Source: an uncultured Oligoflexus sp. (GTDB lineage Bacteria; Bdellovibrionota_B; Oligoflexia; Oligoflexales; Oligoflexaceae). From it: DNA of 13,350 nt. Below, piece by piece: positions 8,315-13,350 of the stretch. Numbering within the stretch: the first letter of the stretch is position 1; every line of letters begins with the position of its first letter. The notes beneath the pieces are model-generated. The model had not been told where the DNA came from and searched no databases. It was given only the letters and a program-made list of their open reading frames with translations. Both the position numbers and the translations under genes were made by a program. The DNA lies in assembly GCA_964236955.1 (NCBI GenBank), contig CAXSGP010000018.1, forward strand, positions 1-13,350, in the 5' to 3' direction.

Positions 8315-9745
8315 ATGTGCATTTCTAATCTGCGCTATCAAAGATTTGTTCCGATACTTTACTCTTTTGGACTTTCAATAGGCCTGGCTTTTGCTGCAAC
8401 TTCATTTTCCGCTGAAAAAGGTCCGGAGCTTAAGTTTCAAACCAAATCTTATGAGCTATCCGATGCACAGAAAGACCTGCTGAAAGAGCTTTCCAGTGAG
8501 GCTAAGGCGAAGCCGGATGCCCTCGTTTTGCTAAAAGTTAAATCCATAGGCCTGAAAACAAGCTCGCTCGCCTTTATTATCGAACGGACAAGGGCTCTTA
8601 AGATTCTTCAAGCACTGGTAAGAGACGGCGTTGAAGTAGGACGGATCGAGCTGAGACCGGTGGCTCAAGCACAAGCTGGGAGCGACAGCCTGGACGTAGA
8701 GATCGTCGGGGGAAAGGCATCCGGCACCCCTAGAATCACCCCCTCAGGTACTTCAGAGGCGGGAGCCGGTGAATTCACCCTGAACTTTGCCTCGGCTTCA
8801 GCCGTCCCCCAAGACTTGGATGAAAGTGCTTTCAAATCTTTTTTAGGCTCTGTAGGGCAACCCAATAGGGATGCAATAGTCATTGAGGGTTATACCGATA
8901 GCGTGGGTAACGCAGCTTATAACAAAGCCCTGGGAGAACTCAGAGCCTTAAGCGTGTTTGAACTCATGGTTAGAGAGGGTCTGCCCCCTTACAGAGTCGA
9001 TACCAAAAGCATCAGTAAGGCAAGTGCCCCGGGAAAAGGCAAAGATAGCGCAGCGGATCGCAAGGTTGTGATTCGATGGTCTCAAAACGCTGTGATTGCA
9101 AAAGAAGCCGCAAAAATCGAAGTGATTGAGGCTCCAACTCCATTGACGCCCCCGCAGTCTCCGCCGGCTCCAGCAAAGGTAGAGGCGGCTCAGCCTCCTC
9201 CAAAAGAAGAATCTGCCGCCATCGTCCCTCTCATTGCACCTAAACCTGCCACTTCCCTTGATTTAGTACTCTTTGCTGGTGCACTTATTCCAGGCGGCGA
9301 CCTCAAAGACCATGCAAAATCTGGTTCCACTTACGGTTTAGGACTGGGCAAAGCCTTTTGCTCAAGCTCTGAAAGCGAGCTGCGAGCGACGCTTTTTGTG
9401 AGCGGAAAATCGACTCTTAAAGCTAAAGAGTCCGCACTTTCAGGTCCGTTAAACATTAATTCCTATAGTCTTAGAGGTGATTACGTCTTCGGTGGCCGCC
9501 AGCTTAGACCTTTTATAGGAGCAGGCATTGGCGTCTATTCCTGGGATGGTTCCATCGTCCACAAGGCATCCCAGCTTCGAAATATTGGCAGTAAAAACGA
9601 CATTGGTGGGATCTTCACCCTAGGTCTGGAGGTAAACTTAATGCCCAATCTCTTCTTGGCCCCAGAGCTTACTATTTATAAAGTGGGCGGAGAATTCTCG
9701 GAATCGCTATTTAGCGGCGTCATTTCTTTACGATGGAGAATTTAA
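8315..9745 (+). CDS. OmpA-family outer-membrane protein with two N-terminal OmpA-like domains, a Pro-rich linker and a C-terminal beta-barrel
   Basis: ATG 8315 after GGGAG (8305-8309), then a hydrophobic signal peptide. A degenerate OmpA-like domain (LKFQTKSYELS...RA..I...LV..GV...RI) precedes a canonical one (IEGYTDSVG..AYN..L...RA..V......G.....DRKVVI). A P/A/E-rich linker (~9130-9250) leads to amphipathic beta-strands (RPFIGAGIGVY, TLGLEVNL, SGVISLRWRI). Confidence 0.85.
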   Translation: MCISNLRYQRFVPILYSFGLSIGLAFAATSFSAEKGPELKFQTKSYELSDAQKDLLKELSSEAKAKPDALVLLKVKSIGLKTSSLAFIIERTRALKILQALVRDGVEVGRIELRPVAQAQAGSDSLDVEIVGGKASGTPRITPSGTSEAGAGEFTLNFASASAVPQDLDESAFKSFLGSVGQPNRDAIVIEGYTDSVGNAAYNKALGELRALSVFELMVREGLPPYRVDTKSISKASAPGKGKDSAADRKVVIRWSQNAVIAKEAAKIEVIEAPTPLTPPQSPPAPAKVEAAQPPPKEESAAIVPLIAPKPATSLDLVLFAGALIPGGDLKDHAKSGSTYGLGLGKAFCSSSESELRATLFVSGKSTLKAKESALSGPLNINSYSLRGDYVFGGRQLRPFIGAGIGVYSWDGSIVHKASQLRNIGSKNDIGGIFTLGLEVNLMPNLFLAPELTIYKVGGEFSESLFSGVISLRWRI

Positions 9746-12175
9746 ATGAAAAATAAAATCACCCAAAACATTCTGATAAAGATACTTGCGTTCATAGCAT
9801 TAGTAAGCTGTAAAAAAGAAAAATCGGTAAATGATCTTTACAAATTCCCTTCTACAAAAGACGTGCTTGTTCTCGTGAATATTGATTTCACCGCAGACGC
9901 CAATTCTAACGGTGGAATCGATTTGACAGGAAAATCCTTTGTACTCAATGCCTTTGCCCTTGATGCGGCTGATAAACAGGTTGAGATAGGTCTTATTGCA
10001 GGCAGGCCCGTTCTTAACCTACCCGTACCACTAACTGGTTCCCATACTAGTTTTGAGGCTATCTTAAGACTTCCGGTTGACGTCCGGCCACGTTCCACTG
10101 GTTATGCTCTAAGGTTTGAACTCAAACAGCCATCTGCCGCCCTGGTTCTGGCAACTCCGCCCTCGTCACTTGACGCTCTAAGAGGAGAAATCAAGGCAGG
10201 AACAGCTGCCTCGACCAACAATGTAGACCTTTCCCTGGCCTCGTCCCTGGCTTTTCAATACTTGGATGCCTCGGTTGAAAACGTGGGTACAGTGCTTTCC
10301 CTTGGATCCTATGGGGAATTGGTAGGCCTTTTTAAGGCTAAGCAGCTGACGATTGAAGCCAATGTCGATGTTAGTCTCGCCCATGACATCGATTCCTATG
10401 TGGCTGCGGTCCTATCTGGACTCAACTATCAGATCCTCACTGATTCCAACTTTCAGAAATCGCTGGCTGAAAAATTATTGTTAGCGGTCGATAATGCGGC
10501 GAGCGCTGCTGAGAAAGCGTCTGCGGCTGAACGACTTGCGGAAGGTTTCACGTCGAAACTCATATCCCTCACAAGTTATGTCAGTGAGAACCTAGGGGAC
10601 CTGTCAAGCAACACAGGTCGGGTTTTTACAGCCGGGTTCATTGATCCAACTCTGATTCCTGAACCCGCTGCCTTTGCAAATGCTGTATTTGCACCTTTGG
10701 CGCTAGAATTTGTCGATTTAGATGCATCGGCTTCACTCGGCGGCGAAGTCGTCATCACAGCCCCACTCCTAGCCACCGGCATTGCTTCTTACAATGTCTA
10801 CTTTGGTGCAGAGGATAAGGTTGGTTCTAAAGTCCTACTGCTGGGAAATGTGCTGGCTTCCGCATCACCTTTGAGCATCCCGGTGCCCACGGGCACAGCC
10901 CAACCATCCGGCGTGACAAGGTTTTGGGCCTACCCGGTTGCAGATGGGAGAGAGCTCAATATTCCGGCGTCTGCGGGAATAAATAATAGTGGGGGAATAA
11001 ATCTCGCTCCTCCGGCTCCAGCGGGCCTAATCGCTACGGGTTCCGGTGTTATCAACAGTGTGAGCTGGAACCCTGTGGCAGAAGCAGACAGTTATAATCT
11101 TTACTGGTCCACGACTAGTCCGGTCCGCTCAACAAGCAACCGCATTAGAGGAGTGACCTCTATCTATCAGCATAAGTTCCTATTAGCCGGCACGACCTAT
11201 TTCTATAGAGTGACATCAGTGAAGGCTGGTATTGAAAGTTCGCCCTCTACTGAAGGTTCGGTAACGACAGGCTCCGGCGTTGTCGTGCCGGTCGGGGGAA
11301 CGGCCAGCAACGAGAGCCCGGTCCCTCCGGTTTCCGGTATTACAGTTACGAATGTTACGACGACACAGGCAACTGTCTCCTGGAGCGCCGCGAGTGATGA
11401 CCTTACAGCAGGCCCCCTGCTGCAGTATAAAGTTGTGAAGGCAGCCTTAGCCAGCAGTCTTGATTCGTTAGCGAAAGTTGAAGTACTGACCGGAGCTTCA
11501 ATAGTGCAGGATTGGTCTACGAACTTACTGACCAAGGCTCTGACCGGGCTTTCCTCTGCTTCGACTGTTTATGTAGCCGTGTTGGTAAAAGATGAAGAAG
11601 GGCAGATAGCATTCTATCCTGCTGTAGCCGTAACCACTTCCTCCCCAAGCCCAAAGAAAATATTCGTTACAGTGGGTGGCGGCGGATTCTCGAACTTAGG
11701 GCTTTATAATGGTGATTTAGGTGCCACTCTTGGTCAAACACCGCAACAAGCTGCTGATAATGCTTGTGCCGTTGCTACGAACAAACCAATCGGCGGCGGT
11801 CAATTCAAAGCGCTCATTTCGATTCCAAGCGTCCGTGTAGCCTGCACGTCCATGAGTTGTTCGGCCTTGGATTGGCCCTTAGTTCCGAACACAGACTATT
11901 TCCGAGGAGCGGACAATGCTCTTATTGGGACCACCAATGGTTACGGTGTATTTGACACATTACAAGTGGGCTTTCACTCTTCCGCGCGCATGGTCTGGAC
12001 TGGATTAAATGCGGACTGGAGTGCCAAAGCTGATGATTGCTCAGGATGGACGACGGCCGGTAGCGTTGGTATTTCCGGAGGTCAGGGTTACACGTCGTTA
12101 GCGAGTGATCTGGCGTGGAACACTAACGCAGTCGGTTGCAATCAACTTGCGTCGCTTATTTGTGTTGAGCAATAA
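9746..12175 (+). CDS. Surface lipoprotein / putative adhesin with FN3-like domains and a C-terminal DUF1554 (Leptospira endostatin-like) domain
   Basis: Basic N-region, hydrophobic core and lipobox LVS-C (Cys22, 9809-9811). FN3-like units at ~11006-11270 (VSWNPV..ADSYNLYW...TTYFYRVT) and ~11324-11640 (ATVSWSAASD...). The C-terminus ~11654-12172 has IFVT..NGDLG..AD..C..FKAL..DW.L.PNT.Y.R..IGTT..VWTGL..DW..C.GWT..C..LICVEQ. Confidence 0.85.
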   Translation: MKNKITQNILIKILAFIALVSCKKEKSVNDLYKFPSTKDVLVLVNIDFTADANSNGGIDLTGKSFVLNAFALDAADKQVEIGLIAGRPVLNLPVPLTGSHTSFEAILRLPVDVRPRSTGYALRFELKQPSAALVLATPPSSLDALRGEIKAGTAASTNNVDLSLASSLAFQYLDASVENVGTVLSLGSYGELVGLFKAKQLTIEANVDVSLAHDIDSYVAAVLSGLNYQILTDSNFQKSLAEKLLLAVDNAASAAEKASAAERLAEGFTSKLISLTSYVSENLGDLSSNTGRVFTAGFIDPTLIPEPAAFANAVFAPLALEFVDLDASASLGGEVVITAPLLATGIASYNVYFGAEDKVGSKVLLLGNVLASASPLSIPVPTGTAQPSGVTRFWAYPVADGRELNIPASAGINNSGGINLAPPAPAGLIATGSGVINSVSWNPVAEADSYNLYWSTTSPVRSTSNRIRGVTSIYQHKFLLAGTTYFYRVTSVKAGIESSPSTEGSVTTGSGVVVPVGGTASNESPVPPVSGITVTNVTTTQATVSWSAASDDLTAGPLLQYKVVKAALASSLDSLAKVEVLTGASIVQDWSTNLLTKALTGLSSASTVYVAVLVKDEEGQIAFYPAVAVTTSSPSPKKIFVTVGGGGFSNLGLYNGDLGATLGQTPQQAADNACAVATNKPIGGGQFKALISIPSVRVACTSMSCSALDWPLVPNTDYFRGADNALIGTTNGYGVFDTLQVGFHSSARMVWTGLNADWSAKADDCSGWTTAGSVGISGGQGYTSLASDLAWNTNAVGCNQLASLICVEQ

Positions 12176-12198
12176 ACTCGTAAGCTAACTCGATGAAA

Positions 12199-12231
12199 GG
12201 TCCCTTCGGAATGAAGGGACCGTTTTATTTT
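12199..12231 (+). terminator. Rho-independent terminator of the ompA-like/lipoprotein operon (possibly bidirectional)
   Basis: Perfect 9-bp stem GGTCCCTTC (12199-12207) / GAAGGGACC (12213-12221), 5-nt loop, then GTTTTATTTT. Lies between the convergent stops at 12175 and 12256. Confidence 0.85.
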
Positions 12232-12255
12232 GATCCCTGTTCCCTGGACCCGATG

Positions 12256-13350
12256 TCAATGCCCGGCCTTGTTCCAACGTGCGCCCTTCGTCAACCAATC
12301 CTTCATCACAAAGGCAATTATGGGGCCAGCCAGGGCCACGATACCGAGGAGCAGCCACATGGCTTCCGGGCTTTGCCAGAACGGAAGAGTGCCGGCTTTA
12401 AGGGACTCCCCAACCCCTTCGGGAACCCAGCGCGAGAGCATATGGCCCGAGATAAGACTTACCACCGTCTTCGTCAGGAACCAAGGTAGCAAAGATAGGC
12501 CAAGATAGGTTCCCTCTTGACCTTCAGGAGCAATGGCTGCGGTATATTCAAGAAGCTTGGGTGACCAGAGGACTTCCCCTGCCGACAACAGGATCATGCT
12601 GAGGACCGACATTGCATAATAGGCATTGTTAAAGTTGCCGGCGAGCCAATCGGCAGGGAAGAAACTGTGGGCAATGCCAAGGAAACCTGCCATCGATTGC
12701 CAAGGCATCACCAACGCAAAGAGACTCATACTCGAGATGATGGCACCAACGATTAACATTTTGAAGATGTTAAATTTGTTTGCGATAGGGATAAAAAGTA
12801 CCAGCCCAAAAACGATGAGGATGGGATTGATGGCGTTCAGCGTGCCGATCGCCGCATTTTCGCCGAGGGTTCGAATCCAATATTTGGGCATCAGCAGGTA
12901 GACATAGACAAAAACAGCACGAACTCCGAGTAAAAGCGTTACCAGAACCACAAAGCGCCAAAAGGCTGTCTCAGCGACAAGATCCTTCAGGATACTCACG
13001 GGTGTGCGACGCTTATTTTGGGCTTCCTTAGTTTTTTCAACTATGAATTGGCTATTGTTGCCATACTGCTCTTCTCTACGAACAAAGAGCAGCATGGCGA
13101 CCAAACTTAACAGCGACGATACAACACCGAAGCCCACTATCCATGTGTTGCTCAGCTTTAAAACCAATCGAAACTGGTCGATCAAAAGCCCCGACGCGGC
13201 TGATCCTATATTCATGAAGAGATACCAAAGATTGAAGCCGGCGCTTCGCGAACGATCGCTGGTGAAGCGCTTATTGGTCGATTGAAAAATAGTTTGAATC
13301 ATCGCGGCGGAAGGTGCCATGAGAGCGAAGCAGGCAATGAGCAAAGGCAG
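12256..13350 (-). CDS. MFS transporter, probably POT/PTR peptide-transporter-like (5' end outside the window)
   Basis: The frame is open to the window edge, with about nine or more hydrophobic helices. Motifs R.RSAGFNLWYLFMNIGS, INPILIV, GEVLWSP and APEGQEGTYLG resemble POT-family signatures. Confidence 0.82.
   Translation of the reverse strand: MPLLIACFALMAPSAAMIQTIFQSTNKRFTSDRSRSAGFNLWYLFMNIGSAASGLLIDQFRLVLKLSNTWIVGFGVVSSLLSLVAMLLFVRREEQYGNNSQFIVEKTKEAQNKRRTPVSILKDLVAETAFWRFVVLVTLLLGVRAVFVYVYLLMPKYWIRTLGENAAIGTLNAINPILIVFGLVLFIPIANKFNIFKMLIVGAIISSMSLFALVMPWQSMAGFLGIAHSFFPADWLAGNFNNAYYAMSVLSMILLSAGEVLWSPKLLEYTAAIAPEGQEGTYLGLSLLPWFLTKTVVSLISGHMLSRWVPEGVGESLKAGTLPFWQSPEAMWLLLGIVALAGPIIAFVMKDWLTKGARWNKAGH

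Noticed and set aside
7840..9922. Invertible (phase-variation) segment bounded by the inverted homologous stretches
   Set aside because: Only ~74% nt identity with mostly third-position mismatches, a longest exact match of about 11 nt (GGAATCGATTT), and no recombinase nearby.
7920..12175. Horizontally acquired island (somewhat more AT-rich by eye)
   Set aside because: No integrase, transposase, tRNA or flanking direct repeats were seen. The compositional shift is modest and was not computed.
11654..12231. Diversity-generating retroelement target (lectin-like C-terminus followed by a hairpin)
   Set aside because: No reverse transcriptase and no adenine-variant template repeat were seen in the window. 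The hairpin has a U-tract and fits a terminator. A remote TR cannot be excluded.

Overview
Bacterial genomic window with three blocks. (1) 502-7433 (+): an overlapping three-gene signalling operon. It opens with a ~1494-aa membrane sensor kinase whose N-terminus is an ETR1-type ethylene-binding domain, with all seven binding-critical residues at the plant spacing, followed by GAF, seven PAS/PAC units and a Cph1/BphP-class kinase core. An Rcp1-like single-domain response regulator and a REC-PAS-HisKA-HATPase-REC hybrid kinase follow. (2) 7434-12231: an AT-rich divergent region holding a frameshifted, truncated minus-strand paralogue of the downstream lipoprotein N-terminus that the ORF track misses. 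Then comes an abutting gene pair: an 'inverted' OmpA-family protein (two OmpA-like domains first, beta-barrel last) and an 809-aa lipoprotein with FN3-like domains and a C-terminal Leptospira endostatin-like (DUF1554/Len-type) domain, closed by an intrinsic terminator. (3) 12256->13350 (-): the 3' part of a POT-like MFS transporter. No RNA genes, CRISPR arrays or mobile elements were recognised. All domain calls are by-eye motif recognition, not database searches.
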